From: an uncultured delta proteobacterium
GTDB lineage: Bacteria; Myxococcota_A; Polyangia; Fen-1088
Assembly: GCA_963767925.1 (NCBI GenBank)
Contig: CAVYGB010000010.1
Coordinates: 58,606 to 122,605 of the forward strand
DNA: 64,000 bases
Direction of reading: 5' to 3'
Below are positions 9,639 to 20,300 of the stretch, in pieces. Both the position numbers and the translations under genes were made by a program. Positions within the stretch are counted from its first letter, which is position 1, and each line of letters opens with the position of its first letter. The notes under the pieces were generated by a model, which worked only from the letters and a program-made list of their open reading frames with translations, made no database searches and was not told the origin of the DNA.

Positions 9639-10814
9639 TCAGCGGGTGGTGATGGCGGTGAGGGCCTGGGAGATCTCGGACTCGCTGGTGACGCCCCAGA
9701 AGGTCTTCACGATGTTGCCCCCGCGATCGATGAGGACGATGTGCGGGAGGGCCACGACCTTGTACCGGCTGCCCACCTCGCCGTCCTGATCGATGACCAT
9801 CGGGTAGGGGGCGGGGTGCTCGCGCAGCACCGCCTCGACCTGTTCGGGCGTCACGGTGGATCCGTCGAAGTTGATGCCGAGGAACTCGACCCCTTCGCCC
9901 CGCCAGCGCTGATACAGCCGGTGCAGGGTCGGCATCATGTGCAAGCAGGGGGCGCACCAGGTGGCCCAGAAGTCGAGCAGGACCACCTGCCCGCGCAGCT
10001 CGGTCAAGCTGACCCCGCCTGGCTTGCCGTCGACGCGAGGGAGGGAGAACTCGGGCGCCTCGGTGCCACGGCCGAGCGGGCGGATGGCGTCGGCGTGCCG
10101 GAACACCCAGCCGGCGTTGACGAACAGGGCCGCCCCCAGCAGCCCGGCGAAGACGGTCACGGCGATGCGCGAGCGGGTCCGGGGCACCGTCGGCGGCGGG
10201 GAGCCGAAGGGGGCCGACGAGGTGGAGGCGTCGCCGGGGCCGATGCCGGCGGCGGTGATCTGACGCCCCCGGGCCTGGGCGATCCCCAGCCCCAGCACGA
10301 CCGCCGCCCAGGCCAGGGCCGCCAGGCTGAAGAGCTGGTTGGCCGAGTAGGGCAGCGGGCCCAGGAAGGCCTCGTGATCGAGCGTGCGGTAGACCGCCCG
10401 CAGCGCAAAGAAGGGGACGTAGCTGACGGCGGCCAGCTCCAGATCTCGACCGGGATCGCGCCGGCCCCGGCCCGCGGCCAGGGTCAACAGGATGGCCGCC
10501 GGCAGGATCACGATGATCGCCTCGCGGACCTCGAAGCTGACAACCGCCAGGGTCTGGCGCAGCACGGTCCCGAAGGAGAGATGGGTGATGCCCAGCATCG
10601 CCCGCATCAGGTCCTCCAGGCGAAAGCAGAGGATGCCAGCGAGCACCAGCCAGCCGGCGTCGCGCACGCCGGTGGCCCGGGCCTCGACCAGGGCGAGAGC
10701 CCGGCGGGGCTCGGCCAGGATCATGCCGAGGCGGGCCGGCAAGGTGGCGTTCCATCTGGCCGGGGGCGCGTCGGGCGGCGCGGAGTCGGTGTCGGCCAGG
10801 GTCGCTTCCGGCAT
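9639..10814 (-). CDS. Membrane-anchored TlpA/ResA-like thiol:disulfide oxidoreductase (polytopic N-terminal domain plus periplasmic thioredoxin domain)
   Basis: C-terminal thioredoxin fold with WATWCAPC active site and a LLDFWATWC...VALPHIVLID pattern; several hydrophobic helices in the N-terminal half. Confidence 0.7.
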   Translation of the reverse strand: MPEATLADTDSAPPDAPPARWNATLPARLGMILAEPRRALALVEARATGVRDAGWLVLAGILCFRLEDLMRAMLGITHLSFGTVLRQTLAVVSFEVREAIIVILPAAILLTLAAGRGRRDPGRDLELAAVSYVPFFALRAVYRTLDHEAFLGPLPYSANQLFSLAALAWAAVVLGLGIAQARGRQITAAGIGPGDASTSSAPFGSPPPTVPRTRSRIAVTVFAGLLGAALFVNAGWVFRHADAIRPLGRGTEAPEFSLPRVDGKPGGVSLTELRGQVVLLDFWATWCAPCLHMMPTLHRLYQRWRGEGVEFLGINFDGSTVTPEQVEAVLREHPAPYPMVIDQDGEVGSRYKVVALPHIVLIDRGGNIVKTFWGVTSESEISQALTAITTR

Positions 10815-10821
10815 CGGGCGA

Positions 10822-12027
10822 TCAGTCCTTCTTGCTGCGGTTCTGGACGAGCCGCCGGGCACCCGCGCTGAGCGCCCCCGGCACGTTCTTGGACTTGGAG
10901 ACCAGCTTGAGGTCGTCGGCCTGCAAGAAAGGCAGGAACCTCAGCGAGAGGGCCAGCGGGCACTTGGGGTTCTGCACCAGGTTGAGCTTGACCTGGTAGG
11001 TCTGGGTCAGGTCCCGCTGGGCAGCAATGTAGCGGATCACGTCTTCACAGACGCTGCGGTTGCCGGCGGCGTTCACGATCTCCGAGTCGGTGATCCGGGG
11101 GGATCGAATCGCGGCGAGCGCTACCATGCGGTTGGGATCCCGGAGGAGGTTCTTGCGACAGTACGCGTTGCCCAGGGTGGCCAGCCGGATCTTCTCGTAG
11201 AGCTTGAGGCGGGTAAAATCGATGATGGGGCTCTTGCGTTTCTTGTCGTCGCCGTCGCCCCCCTCTGTCTTGGCCTTCGCCGCGCCCGGGGGGCTGTCCT
11301 TCTCCTCCTTTTCCAGGAGGTCGTCCAGCTCCAAGGGGGGCGCGGACTCGGCGGTTGCCAGCAGCGCGGCAAACCCGGTGTCGACGGCGGGATCGGTGGC
11401 GGCGACGTCCTGCGCGATCGACTTGGCGACCTCGTCGAAGCAGGGGATGCCCTCGATCCGCACCCCGTTGCGGGCGCAGAGCTCGATGGCGCGGTTGAGC
11501 GAGGACATGCGGGACTGGGTGTTGAAGTAAAGAGCTTCCAGGATGGCCGGACAGCGCAGGATGCGCGCTTCATTGGCAAACATGACCTCCAGCTCGCGCT
11601 CGCGCAATCGGCTGGCCAGCAAGATGAAGGTCTGGTCGGCGGTCCCCTGGTTGTAGAGAACCGGCTCGAGGACCTCGGTCCGGTCGGGGCCCAGGCGCTC
11701 GGCGAAGTAGTGCAGCACCTGCGCGGGCAGCCGTTCGGCCAGGGCGGGGGCCAGGATCTTGTCGGGGATGCTGGTGGGGGCGCTCGCGCTGGCGGTGCGC
11801 ACCGCCCCCTCGGCGTCGAACGAGAGCTGGTAGACGGCGGTCAGCAGCTCGGCCGGCCGCAAGGGAGCGATGCCCCGGGCGGCCAGGGTCTTCATGGCGG
11901 GGGGCGCCGCCAGCAGCTTCTGCACGGCCGGGGGGAGGGTCTCGGCCGGCAGGGGGGCCAGCACGAACGCCGACAGGGCGCTGGCCGCCGGTCCGGTTGG
12001 TGAAAGCTCAGCGCCGGTTTCGTTCAT
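10822..12027 (-). CDS. Hypothetical protein (conserved-looking, no domain recognised)
   Basis: 401-aa ORF with balanced K/E/D/I/N/Y content, unlike the Arg/Gly-rich antisense ORF opposite. Overlaps the coaX stop by 20 nt. Confidence 0.5.
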   Translation of the reverse strand: MNETGAELSPTGPAASALSAFVLAPLPAETLPPAVQKLLAAPPAMKTLAARGIAPLRPAELLTAVYQLSFDAEGAVRTASASAPTSIPDKILAPALAERLPAQVLHYFAERLGPDRTEVLEPVLYNQGTADQTFILLASRLRERELEVMFANEARILRCPAILEALYFNTQSRMSSLNRAIELCARNGVRIEGIPCFDEVAKSIAQDVAATDPAVDTGFAALLATAESAPPLELDDLLEKEEKDSPPGAAKAKTEGGDGDDKKRKSPIIDFTRLKLYEKIRLATLGNAYCRKNLLRDPNRMVALAAIRSPRITDSEIVNAAGNRSVCEDVIRYIAAQRDLTQTYQVKLNLVQNPKCPLALSLRFLPFLQADDLKLVSKSKNVPGALSAGARRLVQNRSKKD

Positions 12028-12775
12028 GAATGATTCGCAACCCCCCCAAGGTAAGCAGCTCGTCGCACTCGTCGATCGAGGTGGTCTCGGCCGCGATGAG
12101 CGACGCCAGGCCCCCGGTGGCGATCACCCTCGGGGAGAAGCGCACCTCGGCCCGGATGCGGGCGATCAGCCCGTCGACCAGGGCGGCGTAGCCCAGCACC
12201 AGCCCGGCCTGCAGGCTGTTCACCGTGTTGCGGCCGATGACGCTCGGGGGGCGCCGCAGCTCCACCCGGGGCAGCTTGGCGGTGGATCCGAACAGGGCGT
12301 TGGCCCCGCTCATCAGCCCGGGGGCGATGATGCCCCCGGCGTATTGTCCCCGGTCGGTCACGACGTCGAGCTTCGTGGCGGTGCCGAAGTCGACGACCAC
12401 CGCTCCCTGGGGAAACCGGGCCTGGGCGGCCACCGCGTTGACCAGCCTGTCGCTGCCCAGCTCGCGCGGGTTGTCGTAGAGGATCGGCATGCCGACCTCG
12501 ATCCCCGGGCCGACCAGCAGCGGCGTGAGGTCGAAAAAGCGGCGAAAGAAACGTTCGGTGGGGGCGGTCGCCGCCGGGACCACCGACGATATAATCCCCG
12601 CCGTGACCTCCGAGAAACGTAGCCCCGCGAGCTCGAACAGTCCGCGCAACATCGCCCCCAGCTCGTCCCCCGTCCGCTCCGGCCGCGTCTCGCAACGCCA
12701 GTGGATCCGCAGGTTTTCCCCCTCGTGCAGCCCGAAGACGGTATTTGTGTTGCCGATGTCGACGGCGAGCAGCAT
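12008..12775 (-). CDS. coaX: Type III pantothenate kinase
   Basis: MLLAVDIGNTNTVFGL N-terminus and VVDFGTATKLD, GGIIAPG motifs typical of CoaX/Bvg accessory factor family. Confidence 0.9.
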   Translation of the reverse strand: MLLAVDIGNTNTVFGLHEGENLRIHWRCETRPERTGDELGAMLRGLFELAGLRFSEVTAGIISSVVPAATAPTERFFRRFFDLTPLLVGPGIEVGMPILYDNPRELGSDRLVNAVAAQARFPQGAVVVDFGTATKLDVVTDRGQYAGGIIAPGLMSGANALFGSTAKLPRVELRRPPSVIGRNTVNSLQAGLVLGYAALVDGLIARIRAEVRFSPRVIATGGLASLIAAETTSIDECDELLTLGGLRIIHERNRR

Positions 12776-14003
12776 GCCCGCTCTATTGTATCCGGTCCTG
12801 GCGACGCTGCTGGCGACCGGCCTGGCGAGCGCGGGCTGCAACCGCAACAAGAAGCCGCCCGTCGATCCCGAGGAGGCGGGCAAGCTTCGCCGCATCGCCC
12901 AGAACCTGGAGCAGGCTTATGCCCGGGCGCCCCTCCCACCGATGACCGAGCCGGCGGCGCTCGTCGATCGGCTCGACAAGTGGGACGACTTCCGTGCGTG
13001 CACGGTGCGGACCTACGTCGCCCGGAAGCGGGACGCCGACAAGCGCGCGCGTGAGGGCGGGTCGCGCCCCAGCCGGCACGCCAGCATCGGCGACGAGACC
13101 GTCGAGGAGTGCGCGGTCCAGATGGCGGTGGCCAAGAAGGATGCCAGCGTCTGCGAGCGGCTGGCCCTCGACTACGAGGAGCCGAGCGGGGGGATGCCGC
13201 TGTCGGCCGTGCGCTGCCTGGACACGCGCGCCCGGGTGTTCGGCACGCCCGAGGAGTGTCCGGTGGTCTGGATGCCCGCCGACGCGCCCGCCCGCAACCC
13301 CGAGTGTCTGGCGATGGCCCTCCGCGATCGCAGCCTGTGCCCCTTCACCGACAGCCCCGGGCGCTGCCGGGCCCTGCTCACCGGCGACTCGGCGAGCTGC
13401 AACGCCCCCGACGGCGCCCCCGACTGCGCCCTGGCCCTGGAGTACTGGAAGGGCGCCATCCCCGCCCAGATGGGCCCGCCCCTGATCGACGAGGCGGCCC
13501 ACAAGGACAAGCCGCTCAGCGCCAGCTTCGACCTGCGCTGGACCGGCAACGCCCACCCCCACGTGCGCATCCAGGGCCCCAAGGCGGCCACCGGCATCTC
13601 CTGGCCGGCGGGGCGGGCCCGGCCGGCCTTCACCGAGGAGACCACGAAGTTCTGGGGCGCCGAGCTCCCCCCCGAGGCGGCCCAGGTGAGCTGGCGGATG
13701 GGGGATCCGGCCATCAAGCTGGCCTTCGCCCCCGGCGGCGCCAGCTCGGGTGTGCGGCCGCTGCTCCCCCCCTCGCCCGGGGCCCCCGCCACCTTCATCG
13801 CGGTGTGGGCGGACGATCCCGGGGCCTTCCGGCGCTGTCAGCCGGGCCCCCTCACCAAGGGGGAGGTGCGGTTCGAGGCCAGCGAGGTGCGCCCCGGCGG
13901 CATCGTCACCGGCGAGGCCCGCGCCACCAAGCTGGCCTGCTCGGACGGCACCGAGCTCGAGCTGCGGGCCACCTTCCGCCTCGTGATCCTCGATCTGCGC
14001 TGA
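12774..14003 (+). CDS. Cys-rich secreted lipoprotein, hypothetical
   Basis: Lipobox LLATGLASAGC; about 13 Cys scattered in the mature part; no recognisable domain. Confidence 0.5.
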   Translation: MPALLYPVLATLLATGLASAGCNRNKKPPVDPEEAGKLRRIAQNLEQAYARAPLPPMTEPAALVDRLDKWDDFRACTVRTYVARKRDADKRAREGGSRPSRHASIGDETVEECAVQMAVAKKDASVCERLALDYEEPSGGMPLSAVRCLDTRARVFGTPEECPVVWMPADAPARNPECLAMALRDRSLCPFTDSPGRCRALLTGDSASCNAPDGAPDCALALEYWKGAIPAQMGPPLIDEAAHKDKPLSASFDLRWTGNAHPHVRIQGPKAATGISWPAGRARPAFTEETTKFWGAELPPEAAQVSWRMGDPAIKLAFAPGGASSGVRPLLPPSPGAPATFIAVWADDPGAFRRCQPGPLTKGEVRFEASEVRPGGIVTGEARATKLACSDGTELELRATFRLVILDLR

Positions 14004-14210
14004 GCGCACATCCCGGGCCAGCCCGGCGCGGCCCGCACCTTTCCGGGCATGTCGGGTTGGCCAGCACAGCGGCGGTCCCCCGGACCAACCCGGGTTTTTC
14101 CCGAGCCAGGAGCGGTGGCGGTTGCCGCCCCGGCCAGGCTAAAATGGTCCCGGGGGATCTCGTTCCCCTGGCAGCGGTACAATCACGCCCAGAAGCTCCC
14201 GCGCACGGAA

Positions 14211-15848
<1,638 letters not shown>

Positions 15849-16056
15849 GCCGACCGCCGCGCGCACGGTCGCCAGGGGCACGACGCGCCCTGCCCGCCCA
15901 CATGTGATCCCGGGCGTTGCCCGGCGTTCTGGCGCGGGCGCCCGTCGACCAGCTCCCGACTCCAGGGGCCGGGCTCCAGGGGCCTGACTCCGGGGTCTCT
16001 GCTAGCCTACGTGTGTTCCATTACCGTCTCTATTTGTACAAGTCTGAGGGGGACAC

Positions 16057-17346
16057 ATGCGCAGATCGGCCTGGCTCGCGCTCGGGGTGCTGGCGGCTTC
16101 GGGGCTCGGCTGTGTGGAGCCGGTGACGGGGCAACCGCCCTACCGGGGCACCTTGCAGGTGCGGTCGCTGATGGCCCGCACCGGTCCCACCTCCGACAAC
16201 GGCGCCGAATATTACCAGGGCATCCACGACGCCATCCGCGAGACCAACGACGTCGGCGGCATCCGGGGCTACACGATCGAGGAGGTCTTCCACGACCACG
16301 GCTACAACATCCAGAACGCCCGGGACAAATACGCCGAGTGGAAGGCCGACCCCTCCTGGCGGGACGTCCTGATGTTCTTCAGCTGGGGGACGCCCGACAG
16401 CGAGGCTTTCGCCGCTGACTCCGCCCTGGAGGGCAAACCCTTCATCTCGGGCTCGTACGCCACGACCCTGGCCACCCCCACGCCCCAGTCGCGCCAGGTG
16501 ACCCTGCCCGACGGCACCCAGCAGACCTTCAGCACCACGGGCGCCCCCTTCAACTTCTTCGCCGGCACCGACTACTCCACCCAGATCCGGATCGCGATGC
16601 GCTTCATCAAGGACCGGGGGGGACGCAAGATCGCCTTCGCCTACTGCAAGATGTCCTCGTTCTGCACCCAGCCCATCCCGGCCGGCAAGACCTACGCCGA
16701 CGAGATCGGCCTGACGGTGGCGCCCGACTTCATCCCCGAGCTCAACGAGGACGAGGCCACCATCGAGGCCAACCTGCAGCGCTACGCCGCCGCCAACCCG
16801 GACGTCGACTGGTTCTGGGTGGGTAACTCGCCCCTGACCACCATCGCCACCATCAAGGCCGCCCGCAAGCACCTGCCCAACGCCAAGCTGATCGCCAACC
16901 TCTACGGCTTCGACGAGCGCTGCGGGACCGACTGCGCCGGCAACGCCTACGTCGTGATGTCCTTCGCCGCCTTCGGCGAGAACACCCGCCCGGGCGCGGC
17001 CGAGGTGGTGCGGGTGCACGACAAGTGGCGGCGGTCCGACGGACACGAGCTCACCCGCTACGCCAACGTCCGTTACGTGCAGGGCTTCGTGAGCTTCCTG
17101 ATGTTCCAGAAGGGGGTGGAGAACCTCATCAACCAGGGGATGGAGATCAACGGCCGCAACCTCAAGGAGGCGCTGGAGGGCTTCGACCGGGTCGACGTCG
17201 GCGGCCTCACCGCGCCGATCAGCTTCAGCCCGGACGACCACCGCCCCACCGACCGAACCCGGATCTATTCCGTCAACGAGTTCGGCCGGTTCCGCTTCGA
17301 GACCGAGGTGAAGGTCACCCTCCAGAACGACTGGCTGGGCTGGTAG
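16057..17346 (+). CDS. Periplasmic-binding-protein type 1 (Leu/Ile/Val-binding family) lipoprotein, orphan (no adjacent permease/ATPase)
   Basis: Signal plus lipobox LAASGLGC; PBP1/Peripla_BP_6-like composition and length (429 aa). Confidence 0.55.
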   Translation: MRRSAWLALGVLAASGLGCVEPVTGQPPYRGTLQVRSLMARTGPTSDNGAEYYQGIHDAIRETNDVGGIRGYTIEEVFHDHGYNIQNARDKYAEWKADPSWRDVLMFFSWGTPDSEAFAADSALEGKPFISGSYATTLATPTPQSRQVTLPDGTQQTFSTTGAPFNFFAGTDYSTQIRIAMRFIKDRGGRKIAFAYCKMSSFCTQPIPAGKTYADEIGLTVAPDFIPELNEDEATIEANLQRYAAANPDVDWFWVGNSPLTTIATIKAARKHLPNAKLIANLYGFDERCGTDCAGNAYVVMSFAAFGENTRPGAAEVVRVHDKWRRSDGHELTRYANVRYVQGFVSFLMFQKGVENLINQGMEINGRNLKEALEGFDRVDVGGLTAPISFSPDDHRPTDRTRIYSVNEFGRFRFETEVKVTLQNDWLGW

Positions 17347-17355
17347 CGCCCAGCG

Positions 17356-20300
17356 CTACATGCCGCTGCCCGAGAGGCTGGCGCTGACCCCGTTGGTGGG
17401 GGAGGCCGTCACCGAGAGGGCGGCCGCCTTGGCCCCCGCCGTCCGGGGCTCGAACACCACGTCGATGGCGCAGCTCCCGCCTGCCGGGAGGGTGGTGCCG
17501 GCGCACTCGTTGCGGGTGATCCGGAAGCTGGTGGCGTCGGCGCCGTCCAGGCTCACCGCCACCTGACCGGTGCCGGGGATCCCGGCGTCGTTCGAGTTCG
17601 TCACCGTGAAGGTGGTGGCCCCCGAGGTGGCGTTGAGGGCCACCCCGCCGAAAGGCCGCCCGTCGGGCGTGATGGCGAGCGCCGAGACGGCGTGGCCCCG
17701 CAGGTTCAGGGTCGAGCCGGTGGCGGCGCCCCCCACGATGAGGGTGGAGGCCAGGTTGGGCGCGGCGGCCCCCGCGGCCGGCAGGGCCTGGGGACGGAAG
17801 AAGATCCGCACCGTGCAGGCCTCTCCCGGCGGTCCCCCCTGCAGGCCATCCTGGGTCAGGTCGAAGCAGTCGCTCGCCGTCCCCGGGTTGGTGTCGAAGC
17901 GAAAGTTGACCGAGTCGCCGAGGGTGAAGGTGGGGGCGGGGACGCGCTGACCGTTGTCGACGTTGCGCACGACCACGTCGATCGCCGTCTCCGACCCGAC
18001 CGCCTTGTTGCCGAACTCCACCGTGGTGCCCGCCCCGGCCGCGCCGCCGATGCTCACAACCTGGATCACGCTCGGCAAGACGGCGTTGGCGCTGAGGGCC
18101 ACCGAGGCGCTGGCCGCCCCCGCGGTGGCGGTCAGCGTCGCGGCCCGGGCCGCGATGGCCATCGGGGTGAGCACGACGGTGACGGTGCAGGTGCCGTTGG
18201 GCGGGAGGGCCGCCGTGCAGGTGTTGTTCTCGGCCCCCGCCGGGACGGCGAACTCCGCCCCCTGGGGCCCCGCCAGGGCGATCCGGGGCCCCGCCGCGGT
18301 GGCGGCGCCCCCGGTGTTGCGGACGGTGAAGACGCGGGCAGTGGCGGCGATCCCCACCAGGGCCTCACCCCAGCTCGCCCCCTCGGGCGGGGCCTCGATG
18401 CGCAGGCCGGGCACCACCACCCGCCCCTGCACGGAGGCGGAGGCGGTCTGGGCCGCGCCGCCAGCGGGGGTGCCGACGAGCTGCACCGAGCCGGTCACGG
18501 TCCCGGCGGTCGCCGCCATGTCCGGCTGGAAGCGGGCGGTGACGGTGCACATGCCGCCAGCGGGGATGCTCGGCGCGCAGGTCTGGGCGGCGACACTGAA
18601 GCCGGCGCCGGTGCTGGTCGCCGCGCCCGCCGCCACCGCCACCGGCACGCCGGTCTCGTTGGTGACGGTGAGGACGCGCTCGATGGGCGCCGCCACGCCC
18701 GGGGTGGCCGCGCCGAAGTCCGAGGGGGTGGGCGCGAGGTAGATGCCGCCGACCGGCAGCCCCACCCCGGTCAGGAGCTTGTCCTGGTTGCCGGAGACCG
18801 CGCCGAAGCCGGTGGCCGACACCCGCAGGGTCCCCATCAGGTTGCCGAGCGCGGTGTTGGGCCGGAAGCGCAGCACCAGGTCACAGATCGCGCTCGCCGC
18901 CAGGGGATCGCCGGCCACGCACACCGGGTTGCCGGTGTCGGGGTTCGTGCCGGAGGCCAGGACCCGCTCGAAGTTGGTCGGGATCTCGATCTGCAGGGCC
19001 CCTGCCCCCACCCCGCCGCTGTTCTGCACCTGCACCAGGTGGGCGACGCTCACCTGGTTGACCTTCACCCCTCCGAAGTCGCGAGGGGCGTTGCCGTCCA
19101 GGTAGACCAGGGCGGCGTCGGCGCGCAGGGTGCCGCTCACTTCGGCGACCGCCGCCGTCGTGGCGGCGGCGCCGCTGGCCAGCAGGCGGGCGTATTTCTT
19201 CCCGGCGGTGGCGCCGGCCGGCGTGATCATGGCGACCTCGACCCGGCAGCTCGCGCCCCCCGCCAGGCTCGGCGGGCAGACCGCCGCGGCGGTCGAGCTC
19301 GGCAGGAGCTGGAAGTAGGAGGGACCGTCGGCGGTCGCGCCCACCAGGCTGCTCGGCTGGAGCTGGGTCGTGAGGGCCACCGCCTCGGTGCCGCGGTTGG
19401 TGACGATGAACTCGCGCCGCGGAGGGGTGGGCTGGCTCGCGCTGGGCTGGCCGAGGACGTTGAGGCCCCCGCTGTCGAAGTCGAAGGCCCCGGGCGTGAC
19501 AACCAGGGTCGACAGGCCCGTGCCGCCCAGCCGCAGCGCCAGCGAGCCGCCCGGGTTGGCGAAGGCCCGGATCACGCCGGCCCGGGCCCCGGTGGCCCCC
19601 GGCGAGAAGCGCACGTCGAAGGTGCAGCTCTCACCCGCGGCCAGCGGCCGGGGGGAGGTGTTGTCGGCCAGCAGGCAGCCGTTGCGGCTGACGGCGAAGT
19701 CGCCGCCTGCCTGGGTCGTGTCGAGCTGGATGCCGCCGGTGGTCGGCCGGTCGGCAGCGTTGGAGACCCGGAACATCTGGGTGGCCCCCGCCGAGCCCAC
19801 GGGCACCGTGCCGAAGTCGTGGGTGGCCGGATCGACCCCGATCTGGGCCGCCGGGGTGGCGGTGCCCGAGATGGCCACCGCGGAGGTCTCGGTCTGGTTG
19901 GCTCCGGCCACCATGAAGGTCCCGGTGGCGGTGAGGGTGGTGGCCTTGGCCCCGGGGGTGGTCGGGATGAACCGGACCGTGACCGCGCAGGTCGCGCCCG
20001 CCGCGGGTGGGCTGGTCGCGCAGGTGTCCGAGGCGACGACGTAGTCGGTGCTGCCGGCCAGGCTGACCGCGACGGCGGTCATCGGGAGGGGGCCCCGGTT
20101 GGCCAGCTCGAACACCTGGTCGGTGGTGCTGCCCGCCGGCCGGTCTCCGAAGTTGTGAGGCCGCGGCGAGAACTGCAGGGGTCCGGTACCGGTCCCGGTC
20201 AACGCCACCCGGGTGCTGACCCCATCCGAGGTTGTGACCACCAGGCTGCCGGCCTTGGGGCCCGCCGACTGCGGCTGGAAGCGCACCCGGATGGTGCAGC

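Noticed and set aside
15955-15990. Direct repeat ctccaggggcc x2 upstream of the binding-protein gene
   Set aside because: Only two short, imperfectly spaced copies in GC-rich DNA; likely chance or part of a promoter. Not compelling on its own.
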